Below are positions 22,752 through 31,318 of a stretch of DNA of 36,778 nt, in pieces. The notes under the pieces are model-generated. The model was not told the origin of the DNA. It ran no database searches and was given only the letters and a program-made list of their open reading frames with translations. Position 1 is the first letter of the stretch, and each line of letters starts with the position of its first letter. This DNA is from a virus. Lineage: Duplodnaviria; Caudoviricetes. The position numbers and the translations under genes were made by a program. The stretch lies in the IMG/VR virus record IMGVR_UViG_3300032225_000443, positions 1-36,778 of that record; one strand, 5' to 3'.

Positions 22752-24179
22752 ATGTCGTTGACAAAGGCATCCTATTCAATGATTTCTGGCGCGGTATTTA
22801 ACGTGCTAGATTACGGTGCTGTAGGCAATAACGTTGCTGATGACACTTCTGCTATCCAAGCGGCTATCAATGCGGCTGGCGTTAACGGTGGCACCGTTTG
22901 GATTCCTGCTGGCACTTACAAATGCACCAGCACGTTGACAATGGCGAAGTTTGTGTACATCAAAGGTGCTGGCATCAGAGCCACAACTTTGCAGTGGAAC
23001 ACAACAGGCGCAGGTATTAAAATGACCTCGACGATAAATTCGTCAACGCCGGTAAATACAGGGGTTTACGACATCAACTTGTACAACACAAACGCATCCA
23101 ACACGGATGGCGGTTATGTTGATGTTGGTGGCACTTATGTTTATTTGGAGCGCGTCCGAGTCGCTGGTTTTAAATACGGAATTATTTTTGACCAAACCGA
23201 ACTGTCAGACATAAACCTTTGCGAACTTCAACAGCAAATAACCGGCGGTGTTTGGCTTGTCAACGGCCCTGATTACACAACCGGGGCTGGGACACAGTAC
23301 ACAAACAGAATATCAATAAAATGCTGCCAGTTTAACCAGCCGGCAACAGGGTATTGCATTATTGATGACGGAGGCTACGTTCATACGTTTGATGCAAATA
23401 ACTTTAATGGTGGTTTGAGCCATATTCGGAATGCGGGTCAAATCAACGTAAGCATTACAAATAATGAATTTGAAAGCGCGGCTTCCGCATCTATGGTGTG
23501 GACAAGCACCACTCTTAAAACAGGAACGTCAGTTGGGCAATCGGTTAGCATATCAATCCAAAATAATCTAATAATTCCTGCGGCTGGTCAGTATTGCCTA
23601 AACATGGGAAACGGATCTCCGTTAATTCTTACAAATAATTATTTTGGGAATTCATCTGTTGCCAAAATAAATGGCTTGAGTAATGTTTACTCTTACATTG
23701 ATATTGGCAATGCAAGCGGTGGCGGCACATACTCAAGCGGGACGGCATCGCAGCAATTTAAGGCAATTGATAACGGCACCTTCACTCCGGTGTTAACATT
23801 TTCTTCGCCTGGCAATTTGTCAGTTTCGTATTCAACGCAAATTGGAAAATACACAATTGTCCAGAACAGGTTGTTTTATGACATTGTTATTTTAACTTCA
23901 TCATTTACCCACACAACGGCGTCTGGAGACTTGAGAGTTTCTGGGTTGCCATACACTGTCAGTGCAACTTCAAATTACACCGCTCCAGCGCCACTTATAT
24001 TCCAAGGCATAACCAAGGCTGGATACACCCAATTTTCACCAACGCTTGATTACGGCAACGCGTTTATAAGAATTTTGGCATCTGCTTCTGGCATTGCGTT
24101 GTCAAGTGTTTCAACCGCAGATGTGCCAAGCGGTGGAACTGTATATTTGGCAATTTCCGGTTCTTATACAATAAATTAA
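22752..24179 (+). CDS. Tailspike with pectate-lyase-like beta-helix (putative depolymerase)
   Basis: 'NVLDYGAVGNNVADDTSAIQAAINAA....VWIPAGTYK' Pectate_lyase_3 start; Asn-rich beta-helix. Confidence 0.87.
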   Translation: MSLTKASYSMISGAVFNVLDYGAVGNNVADDTSAIQAAINAAGVNGGTVWIPAGTYKCTSTLTMAKFVYIKGAGIRATTLQWNTTGAGIKMTSTINSSTPVNTGVYDINLYNTNASNTDGGYVDVGGTYVYLERVRVAGFKYGIIFDQTELSDINLCELQQQITGGVWLVNGPDYTTGAGTQYTNRISIKCCQFNQPATGYCIIDDGGYVHTFDANNFNGGLSHIRNAGQINVSITNNEFESAASASMVWTSTTLKTGTSVGQSVSISIQNNLIIPAAGQYCLNMGNGSPLILTNNYFGNSSVAKINGLSNVYSYIDIGNASGGGTYSSGTASQQFKAIDNGTFTPVLTFSSPGNLSVSYSTQIGKYTIVQNRLFYDIVILTSSFTHTTASGDLRVSGLPYTVSATSNYTAPAPLIFQGITKAGYTQFSPTLDYGNAFIRILASASGIALSSVSTADVPSGGTVYLAISGSYTIN

Positions 24180-24190
24180 AGGGGTGCCAA

Positions 24191-24487
24191 ATGTCACTTG
24201 AAAAACAAAGTTATGTAGACATGATTGAAGTGCCAAATAATTCAATCGTTCATGTTCGCGTAAAAACCGTAGTGTTAGACGATGGTTTTCAAATTAGCGA
24301 AAGTTTTCACCGCCACACCATTAACCCAGGCGATGATTACAGTCAAGAAACCGAAAAGGTTCAAGTGATTTGCGCTGCTGTGCATACGCCAGAGGCAATT
24401 GCTGCTTACAGGCTTGCACAACTTGACAAAATGCCTAATAATACCGTACCGGCGCGGCTCACCGGGGGATCTCAGGATTCACAATGA
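24191..24487 (+). CDS. Small tailspike-associated protein
   Basis: 'VDMIEV...VHVR...SESFHRH...PGDDYSQE.EKVQ.IC.AVHTPE.IAAY'; follows the fibre genes. Confidence 0.7.
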   Translation: MSLEKQSYVDMIEVPNNSIVHVRVKTVVLDDGFQISESFHRHTINPGDDYSQETEKVQVICAAVHTPEAIAAYRLAQLDKMPNNTVPARLTGGSQDSQ

Positions 24488-25221
24488 CCGAAGAAGTAGC
24501 GATTGAAGCGGAAGTAGCGCCCGCGCCGGAACTGGAAGCTACGGCAGCCCCAGAACCTGTAGTAGATACGCCGGAAGTTGCGCCCAAGACATTCTCGCAA
24601 GAGGAACTTGACGCTGCAATTCAGAAACGTCTTGCAAGAGAACAGCGAAAATGGGAGCGCGAGCGTCAAGCACCGCCGCCCGCTGCCGTTGATGTCCCGC
24701 CAGTAGATCAGTTTGATTCGGTTGATGCTTACGCAGAAGCCAAGGCAATTAAGTTGATTGAACAGCGTGACCAGCAACGTCAGCAAGCGGAGATTCTTGA
24801 GGCATATCACGAGCGTGAAGAAGAGGCTAGGTCTAAGTATGATGACTTTGAACAGGTCGCATACAACCCAAGTCTCAAGATTACGACCGTGATGGCGCAA
24901 GCGATTCAAGCCTCTGATGCCGGCCCTGATGTAGCTTACTACCTTGGGTCTAATCCAAAAGAGACAGATCGCATTTCCCGTCTTAGCCCGATTTTGCAGG
25001 CAAAGGAAATTGGACGTATTGAGGCTAAAATAGCCACAGATGTTCCGGTTAAACGTACTACGTCTGCGCCCGCGCCGATTAGTCCGGTAACTGCCAGAAC
25101 TTCAGGCAATCCGAGTTATGACACGACGGACCCACGGTCCACAAAAACGATGTCTACCTCGGAATGGATTGAAGCAGACAGGCAGCGCCAGATTAAAAAA
25201 GCACAATCCCGATACCGCTAA
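24484..25221 (+). CDS. Scaffolding protein
   Basis: Acidic Pro-rich N-terminus, 'TFSQEELDA.IQKRLAREQRK' coiled coil, basic C-terminus; immediately before the coat gene. Confidence 0.85.
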   Translation: MTEEVAIEAEVAPAPELEATAAPEPVVDTPEVAPKTFSQEELDAAIQKRLAREQRKWERERQAPPPAAVDVPPVDQFDSVDAYAEAKAIKLIEQRDQQRQQAEILEAYHEREEEARSKYDDFEQVAYNPSLKITTVMAQAIQASDAGPDVAYYLGSNPKETDRISRLSPILQAKEIGRIEAKIATDVPVKRTTSAPAPISPVTARTSGNPSYDTTDPRSTKTMSTSEWIEADRQRQIKKAQSRYR

Positions 25222-25239
25222 CTTTTTTTAGGAATTACC

Positions 25240-26451
25240 ATGTCAAATAGCATTCTTACGATTGACATGATCACCAGGAAGGCCCTGGAGATCTTGGAAA
25301 ACAATCTGGTTATTACCCGTAACGTGAACCGTCAGTACGACGACAGCTTTGCTGTTGAAGGTGCCAAGATTGGTTCTACCCTGCGTATTCGTCTGCCTGA
25401 CCGCGCTCTGGTGACTGACGGTGCCGCCCTGCAAGTTCAGGATGACAACGAGCAGTACACCACGCTGACGGTTGCAAGCCAGAAGCACATTGGTGTTAAC
25501 TTCACCAGCGCCGAACTGACGATGCAGTTGGATGACTTTGCAGAGCGCGTTCTCAAGCCGCGTATCTCGCAGTTGGCTTCCAGCATTGACGCTGACGTTG
25601 CAAATGCTTACAAAAACATTTATTCGTCAGTTGGTTCGCCAGGCACAACCCCAGGCACCTCGCTGGTTCTGCTGCAAGCGCAACAGAAACTCAACGAAAA
25701 CGCCGCTGTGATGACCCCGCGTTATGCAACGGTTAACCCCGCCGCCAACGCTGGTCTGGTTGAAGGCATGAAGGGTCTTTTCAATCCTACGGACACGATC
25801 TCCAAGCAGTTCAAGAACGGCATGATGGGGACTGGTGTTCTTGGGTTTGACGAGATCAATATGTCTCAGTCGATCAAACAGCACACCACGGGTAACTTCC
25901 CTGTTTCGCCTATTGTTTCTTCTAGTGCCACGTTTGCCGAAGGTCAATCGACCCTCGCCATTACGTTCACCAGCGGAACCAAGACGGTTAAGCAAGGCGA
26001 CGTGTTTACCATCGCTGGCGTGTATGCGGTCAACCCACAGACGCGTGAGTCCACTGGTTCGCTGCAACAGTTCGTTGTTACCGCTGACAACAGCGTGACC
26101 TCGGGCACTTCCATGACCTTGGCAATTTCTCCGGCGCTTTACACGTCGGCAAATGCTTTGGCAACGGTTGATTCGTTTCCAGCGACTAGCGCAACCATCA
26201 CGTTCCTCGGAACTGCATCGACTCAGTACCCGCAAAACCTTGTTTACCACAAGGACGCGATCACGTTTGCAACGGCTGACTTGCTGCTGCCACAGGGTGT
26301 TGATATGGCTGCTCGCGCAGTGCATAACGGTATTTCGTTGCGTGTCGTGCGCCAGTACGATATTAACAATGACCGTCTGCCTTGCCGTATTGACGTTCTG
26401 TATGGCTTTAGCACGATCCGTCCACAGATGGCCTGCCGCGTCTGGGGTTGA
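25240..26451 (+). CDS. Major capsid protein, P22 gp5 family
   Basis: 'ITRKAL.ILEN', 'KIGSTLRIRLP', C-terminal 'CRIDVLYG...RPQMACR'. Confidence 0.93.
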   Translation: MSNSILTIDMITRKALEILENNLVITRNVNRQYDDSFAVEGAKIGSTLRIRLPDRALVTDGAALQVQDDNEQYTTLTVASQKHIGVNFTSAELTMQLDDFAERVLKPRISQLASSIDADVANAYKNIYSSVGSPGTTPGTSLVLLQAQQKLNENAAVMTPRYATVNPAANAGLVEGMKGLFNPTDTISKQFKNGMMGTGVLGFDEINMSQSIKQHTTGNFPVSPIVSSSATFAEGQSTLAITFTSGTKTVKQGDVFTIAGVYAVNPQTRESTGSLQQFVVTADNSVTSGTSMTLAISPALYTSANALATVDSFPATSATITFLGTASTQYPQNLVYHKDAITFATADLLLPQGVDMAARAVHNGISLRVVRQYDINNDRLPCRIDVLYGFSTIRPQMACRVWG

Positions 26452-26475
26452 ACTTTTTAATTTAAGGAAATAATC

Positions 26476-26886
26476 ATGGCTCTACCCAATGGCGCAGGTG
26501 GTTACCAAGTTGGTACTGGTAACCGCGCAGAAACCGTTATGGGCGCTATGGCCGCTCCACAAACGGCCACTGTTACCGCAACCCTAACCGCAGCGCAGAT
26601 TGTCAATCAGGTACTGGTTGCCAATCCTGGTTCTAGTACCGCAGCTACTTACACGTTGCCACTAGGAACGGCGATTGATACCGCAGTGCCTAACGCAACG
26701 GTCGGCAGCACGTTTGATTTGGCAATTGTCAACATTGGCACCACTTCTGGTACGGTGACTTTGGCTGTTAACACTGGCGTGACTGATGGCGGCAACGCTT
26801 TGACTGCCATTGCTGTGACAACTAGCCAAATTTTCCGCTTCCGTAAAACTGGCGATGGCACTTACGTAGTGTATCGTTTGGCTTAA
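26476..26886 (+). CDS. Putative capsid decoration/minor structural protein
   Basis: Follows the coat gene with a strong RBS; Thr/Ala-rich and beta-rich. Confidence 0.7.
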   Translation: MALPNGAGGYQVGTGNRAETVMGAMAAPQTATVTATLTAAQIVNQVLVANPGSSTAATYTLPLGTAIDTAVPNATVGSTFDLAIVNIGTTSGTVTLAVNTGVTDGGNALTAIAVTTSQIFRFRKTGDGTYVVYRLA

Positions 26887-26891
26887 AAGCC

Positions 26892-26924
26892 AGAGGGGGA
26901 GGGCCACAAGCCTTCCCCTTTCTT
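26892..26924 (+). terminator. Intrinsic terminator/attenuator after the capsid genes
   Basis: GGGGAGGGC-CACAA-GCCTTCCCC-TTTCTT. Confidence 0.6.
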
Positions 26925-26936
26925 AAAGGAGTTATT

Positions 26937-27350
26937 ATGCCCAATACACAAGCAGTCGGAGTTGCATATTCCGATCCCGAATTTACGACAATGTACGCAA
27001 GCCAAGAAATTGGTTACAGCACAGCAGCCCAAGGTACTGTGACGCAAGCAACGGACAAGTCAACAGCGGTAACGCTGAACAAGTCTGCTGGTCGCATCAC
27101 AATGAACAACGCTGCTTTGGCTGGTTCCACTGCGGTTTCGTTTACGTTGAACAACAGCTTGATTTCAACCAATGACGTAATTACTGTGTGTATTTCTAGT
27201 GTTACCACTGGTAGTACCGCTGGGGCGTACACCTCTTACGTTTCTAATATGTCTGCTGGTTCTGCTTCAATTACGTTGCGTAACTTGAGCGCAACTTCAT
27301 ATTCTGAAGCAATTGTAATTAACTTCTGCATCATTCACGGCGCAAGCTAA
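26937..27350 (+). CDS. Putative decoration/structural protein
   Basis: 'GTVTQATDKSTAVTLNKSAGRITMNNAALA...SFTLNNS'; AAGGAG RBS. Confidence 0.7.
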   Translation: MPNTQAVGVAYSDPEFTTMYASQEIGYSTAAQGTVTQATDKSTAVTLNKSAGRITMNNAALAGSTAVSFTLNNSLISTNDVITVCISSVTTGSTAGAYTSYVSNMSAGSASITLRNLSATSYSEAIVINFCIIHGAS

Positions 27351-27351
27351 C

Positions 27352-27376
27352 AGGCGGGGCTTCGGCCCCTCCTTTT
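27352..27376 (+). terminator. Intrinsic terminator with C(UUCG)G tetraloop
   Basis: AGGCGGGGC-TTCG-GCCCCTCCT-TTT. Confidence 0.7.
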
Positions 27377-27386
27377 GAGGTTTACG

Positions 27387-28103
27387 ATGGCAACATATTC
27401 CGCTGGCGATCAGATCAACCGCGCCTTGCGTCTGTTGGGTGTTCTGGCAGAAGGTGAAACGCCCTCGGCATCAGTGTCGCAAGATTCGCTGATGGCCCTC
27501 AATCAAATGATTGACAGTTGGAACACAGAAAAACTGTCAATTTATAACACTCAAGATCAAACTTATCTTTGGACCCCAGGCTTAATTACTCAGACGCTTG
27601 GTCCGTCCGGTGACTTTGTGGGCAACCGCCCAATCCTGCTGGATGATTCGACGTACTTCCGTGACCCGACAACCAACGTCAGTTACGGCATCAAGTTTAT
27701 CAACCAGCAGCAATACGACGGGATTGCGGTCAAGACCGTGACTTCCACTTATCCACAGGTTATGTGGATAAACATGGAGTATCCTAACATCACAATGACA
27801 ATTTATCCAAAACCTATGCGGGTTTTGGAGTGGCACTTCATTAGTGTTGATGAACTATCCCAACCGGCAACGCTGGCTACTACGCTAGCCTTTCCACCGG
27901 GTTACCTGCGTGCGTTCACTTACAACTTGGCGATGGAGATCGCGCCTGAGTTTGGCGTAGAACCATCGCCGCAGGTGCAACGTATTGCCATGACCAGCAA
28001 ACGCAACCTCAAGCGCATCAACAATCCTGACGATTTGATGTCGATGCCGTACTCGCTGGTTGCAACGCGCCAGCGGTTTAACGTTTACGCCGGTAACTAC
28101 TAA
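27387..28103 (+). CDS. Head-to-tail adaptor, P22 gp4-like
   Basis: 'INRALRLLGVLAEGETPS...LNQMIDSW' and 'YNLAMEIAPEFG'; precedes the gp10-like gene. Confidence 0.8.
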   Translation: MATYSAGDQINRALRLLGVLAEGETPSASVSQDSLMALNQMIDSWNTEKLSIYNTQDQTYLWTPGLITQTLGPSGDFVGNRPILLDDSTYFRDPTTNVSYGIKFINQQQYDGIAVKTVTSTYPQVMWINMEYPNITMTIYPKPMRVLEWHFISVDELSQPATLATTLAFPPGYLRAFTYNLAMEIAPEFGVEPSPQVQRIAMTSKRNLKRINNPDDLMSMPYSLVATRQRFNVYAGNY

Positions 28104-29542
28104 TGAAAAGTCCCATTTTGGGATCGGCGTATGTTGCTCGGTCGGTCAACGCCGCTGACAACAGAATGGTAAATCTGTTCCCAGAAATTGTGCCGGAAGC
28201 GGGTAAAGAACCAGCGTTCCTAAACAGAGCGCCAGGACTCAAACTGTTAGCCACGATTGGCAGCGGGCCGATACGTGGAGTGTGGGCGTTTTCTCCGCAA
28301 GACGGAACCGCGTTTGTAGTGTCTGGCAATGAGTTGTACAAGATTGACAACTCTTACACCGCAACGCTTTTAGGGGCTGTATCTGGCATAGGCCCTGTCA
28401 GCATGGCTGACAATGGTACACAATTGTTTATTGCGGCTAACGGTCCCGGCTACATATACAACAACACCACAAACGCTTTTGGGCCAATCACAGACCCAGA
28501 TTTCCCTGGCGCTGCCACAGTCTGTTATCTAGATGGCTACTTTGTATTCAATGAGCCTAACAGTCAAAAAATGTGGGTCACCGCGCTTTTAGACGGCACC
28601 TCTATTGACCCTTTAGAATTTGCTAGCACTGAAGGATCTCCAGATGGTTTGATTGCTGTGGCGGCAAACTTTCGAGAAGTCTGGGCGTTTGGCACTAATT
28701 CCATTGAAGTCTGGTATGACTCGGGCGCGACGGACTTCCCGTTACAAAGAATCCAAGGCGCATTTAATGAGTTAGGTTGCGCCGCACCATTTTCCGTTGC
28801 CAAAATGGACAATGGGATGTTCTGGCTCGGGCGCGACAGGCGCGGTCAAGGTATGGTTTATCGCGCTAACGGTTACACCGGCCAGCGTATCTCAACCCAT
28901 GCGGTTGAATGGCAGATCCAGCAGTACGGCGACATTTCTGACGCAATCGCCTACACATATCAACAGGGCGGTCATTCTTTTTATGTACTGACATTTCCGT
29001 CAAGCAATGCCACATGGGTCTATGACGCCGCTACGGAAGCGTGGCATGAACGGGCTGGTTGGGTAAACGGTGACTTTACGCGTCACCACAGCAACTGTCA
29101 GATGGCATTCAATAATCAGATTGTCGTTGGTGATTACGTTAACGGCAATCTGTACGCTTTTGATTTAGACGTTTACGCTGACAACGGCAGCATCCAAAGG
29201 TGGATGCGTTCTTGGCGGGCGCTGCCCACCGGTCAAAACAACTTAAAGCGAACCGCTCACCATACCCTACAGCTTGACTGCGAAACCGGTGTTGGTTTGA
29301 ATTCTGGTCAAGGTTCTGACCCGCAAATTATGTTGCGTTGGTCTGATGACGCAGGCCACACTTGGTCAAACGAACATTGGTCTCCGGTTGGCAAAATTGG
29401 CGTTTATCAGCAACGAGTGTTTTGGCGTCGTTTGGGGATGACGCTAAAGTTGCGGGATCGAGTGTATGAAATTTCTGGAACCGATCCGGTCAAGACTGTG
29501 ATCATGGGCGCGGAATTGATTTTGAGCGGCACAAATGCCTAA
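28103..29542 (+). CDS. Tail hub/DNA stabilization protein, P22 gp10-like
   Basis: Beta-propeller-like 'DGYFVFN', 'FASTEGSPD', 'WSDDAGHTWSNE', 'WRRLG'. Confidence 0.88.
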   Translation: MKSPILGSAYVARSVNAADNRMVNLFPEIVPEAGKEPAFLNRAPGLKLLATIGSGPIRGVWAFSPQDGTAFVVSGNELYKIDNSYTATLLGAVSGIGPVSMADNGTQLFIAANGPGYIYNNTTNAFGPITDPDFPGAATVCYLDGYFVFNEPNSQKMWVTALLDGTSIDPLEFASTEGSPDGLIAVAANFREVWAFGTNSIEVWYDSGATDFPLQRIQGAFNELGCAAPFSVAKMDNGMFWLGRDRRGQGMVYRANGYTGQRISTHAVEWQIQQYGDISDAIAYTYQQGGHSFYVLTFPSSNATWVYDAATEAWHERAGWVNGDFTRHHSNCQMAFNNQIVVGDYVNGNLYAFDLDVYADNGSIQRWMRSWRALPTGQNNLKRTAHHTLQLDCETGVGLNSGQGSDPQIMLRWSDDAGHTWSNEHWSPVGKIGVYQQRVFWRRLGMTLKLRDRVYEISGTDPVKTVIMGAELILSGTNA

Positions 29543-30179
29543 CGTGACCCCAATCACGCCGCCGCGAGTACCGCTAATTGATCCCCGAACTGGGTTTATT
29601 GATCGCGCTTGGTATTTGTTTTTTTTGTCGCTAAATAACGCGGCAATTCAAGTTTACGACAACCCAGACTTGGGGCCTAGCCCAGAAGCGTTAATTTCAT
29701 CTTACGATGCTGCTCTGCAAGCATTAACTCAAAATGTAGATGGCCGACCGTCGCAGTCTGATTTGTTGTCTCAAATTGCTGAATTGCAAAAACAAATTGA
29801 TGCATTGCAAATCCAGCCAATTATTGACGTTGGGGCCATTAACTCAACTCTTACTGCTTCGGCTAGCGCACCAGTAACTTACACGGCTAATTTTTCTGTA
29901 GCATCTACAGATTTATGGATTATCAACAACAAGTCTGGCTCCTCTTGCACCGCTACGCTGCCCGCCGCGTCTGGCTATTTAGGCCGAGTTTTGTATTTTC
30001 AAAACTACCAAGCGCAAACGTTGGTTTCAGCGTCCAGCAACGTAGTGGGAATTGGTGGTGGTGCTGCCGGCACTTCAATCCTGTTGGCAAGCGCTGGTGA
30101 CCAATCCACCTTGGTTTCCGATGGCACAAACTGGGTAACGATGCAATATGTGCCTAACAATATTCTGCTTCTGGAGTAA
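29535..30179 (+). CDS. Hypothetical tail protein (possible needle/plug; coiled coil plus beta domain)
   Basis: Position after the gp10-like gene; 'IAELQKQIDALQ' coiled coil. Confidence 0.6.
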   Translation: MPNVTPITPPRVPLIDPRTGFIDRAWYLFFLSLNNAAIQVYDNPDLGPSPEALISSYDAALQALTQNVDGRPSQSDLLSQIAELQKQIDALQIQPIIDVGAINSTLTASASAPVTYTANFSVASTDLWIINNKSGSSCTATLPAASGYLGRVLYFQNYQAQTLVSASSNVVGIGGGAAGTSILLASAGDQSTLVSDGTNWVTMQYVPNNILLLE

Positions 30180-30182
30180 CTG

Positions 30183-30515
30183 ATGGTTACCGTCAAAGTT
30201 TTAGTCCCCGCCAAGTACGCGGACGCATCGCAAACAACCCAGTACACTGCGACTGGCGTAACGACAATTATTGACAAGTTTACGGCCACCAACATTAGCG
30301 CGTCTGCTGCTACAATTTCCGTCAACTTGGTTACCGTGGCCGGATCTGCTGGCAGTAATAACCTGATCACCAAGACCAAGACCTTGCAAGCGTCTGAGGT
30401 TTACACGTTTCCAGAGTTGGTTGGGCAAGTCTTAGGTACTGGCGATTTTATCAGTACAATTGCTGGAACGGCTAGCGCGATCAACATCCGGGTTTCTGGG
30501 CGGGAGGTAACATAA
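30183..30515 (+). CDS. Hypothetical virion protein
   Basis: Coupled ORF in the tail operon. Confidence 0.7.
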   Translation: MVTVKVLVPAKYADASQTTQYTATGVTTIIDKFTATNISASAATISVNLVTVAGSAGSNNLITKTKTLQASEVYTFPELVGQVLGTGDFISTIAGTASAINIRVSGREVT

Positions 30516-31309
30516 TGAGTTGGCTTGATAAACTTGCCCCAATTTTAGGGGGCGTCGGTGGGTTTTTGTTGGGTGGTCCAACTGGAGCGTTAGCTGGCGC
30601 GTCAATTGGTTCTGGCATCAGTGGCGCGTCTGCTGCTAAAAACGCCGCCAATATTCAAGCGCAAGCAACTCAGGCAGCGCAAGATGCTCAAGAAAGGATG
30701 TTCAATAAACAAATTGAACTCCAAGAACCTTTTAGACAGGCTGGGATTGGGGCGCTTAATAAACTGATTCCGCTTAGTGACTACACCAAGTTTGGTATGG
30801 ATCAATTCCAAGCCGACCCTGGTTACGCTTTCAGGTTGTCTGAAGGAATGAAAGCGCTTGATCGCACTGCCGCTGCTAGGGGAGGTTTGTTGTCCGGAGG
30901 AAATATTAAAGCAGCGCAACGATATGGTCAGGAATTGGGTTCTCAAGAGTATCAAAACGCTTTTAATCGCTATCAAGTTGAAAGAAACGCTCAGTTAAAC
31001 CCATTGCAATCGTTGGCTGGAGTAGGGCAAACAGCCACTAATACTTTGACGGGCGCTTACGGAAACTTTGGGGCGCAAACCGGGCAAAACCTGCAAGACA
31101 TTGGAACCGCTCGAGCCTCTGGGTATCTCGGTGGGGCAAATGCATTGTCAAGCGCTCTTGGTCAAGGTGGTCAAATGTATCAATACGGGCAGCGTACAAA
31201 CGCGTTATCGGGAATGTACGGCGGTGGGGGTGGGGGCGCTCCAATTTACGCGGCTACGCCTAGTTATACTAACAATTTGCTTCCCGGCGGCGTTGGTAAC
31301 CCATACTAA
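30515..31309 (+). CDS. DNA ejection protein, P22 gp7-like
   Basis: N-terminal Gly-zipper; 'DPGYAFRLSEG...AAARGGLLSG...SQEYQNAFNR...LAGVGQ'. Confidence 0.78.
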   Translation: MSWLDKLAPILGGVGGFLLGGPTGALAGASIGSGISGASAAKNAANIQAQATQAAQDAQERMFNKQIELQEPFRQAGIGALNKLIPLSDYTKFGMDQFQADPGYAFRLSEGMKALDRTAAARGGLLSGGNIKAAQRYGQELGSQEYQNAFNRYQVERNAQLNPLQSLAGVGQTATNTLTGAYGNFGAQTGQNLQDIGTARASGYLGGANALSSALGQGGQMYQYGQRTNALSGMYGGGGGGAPIYAATPSYTNNLLPGGVGNPY

Positions 31310-31318
31310 GAGTCAATC

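Noticed and set aside
24423-24452. Internal sigma70 promoter for scaffold/coat (perfect TTGACA)
   Set aside because: No acceptable -10 at 16-18 bp spacing
25627-26325. Long antisense ORF opposite the capsid gene, and similar shadow ORFs (e.g. 12115-12621, 17266-17820, 4284-4826)
   Set aside because: No RBS or recognisable motifs; explained by codon bias of the real gene on the opposite strand
26440-26476. Capsid read-through or frameshift fusion to the decoration protein
   Set aside because: In-frame TAA three codons after the TGA, no canonical slippery heptamer, and the downstream gene has its own RBS
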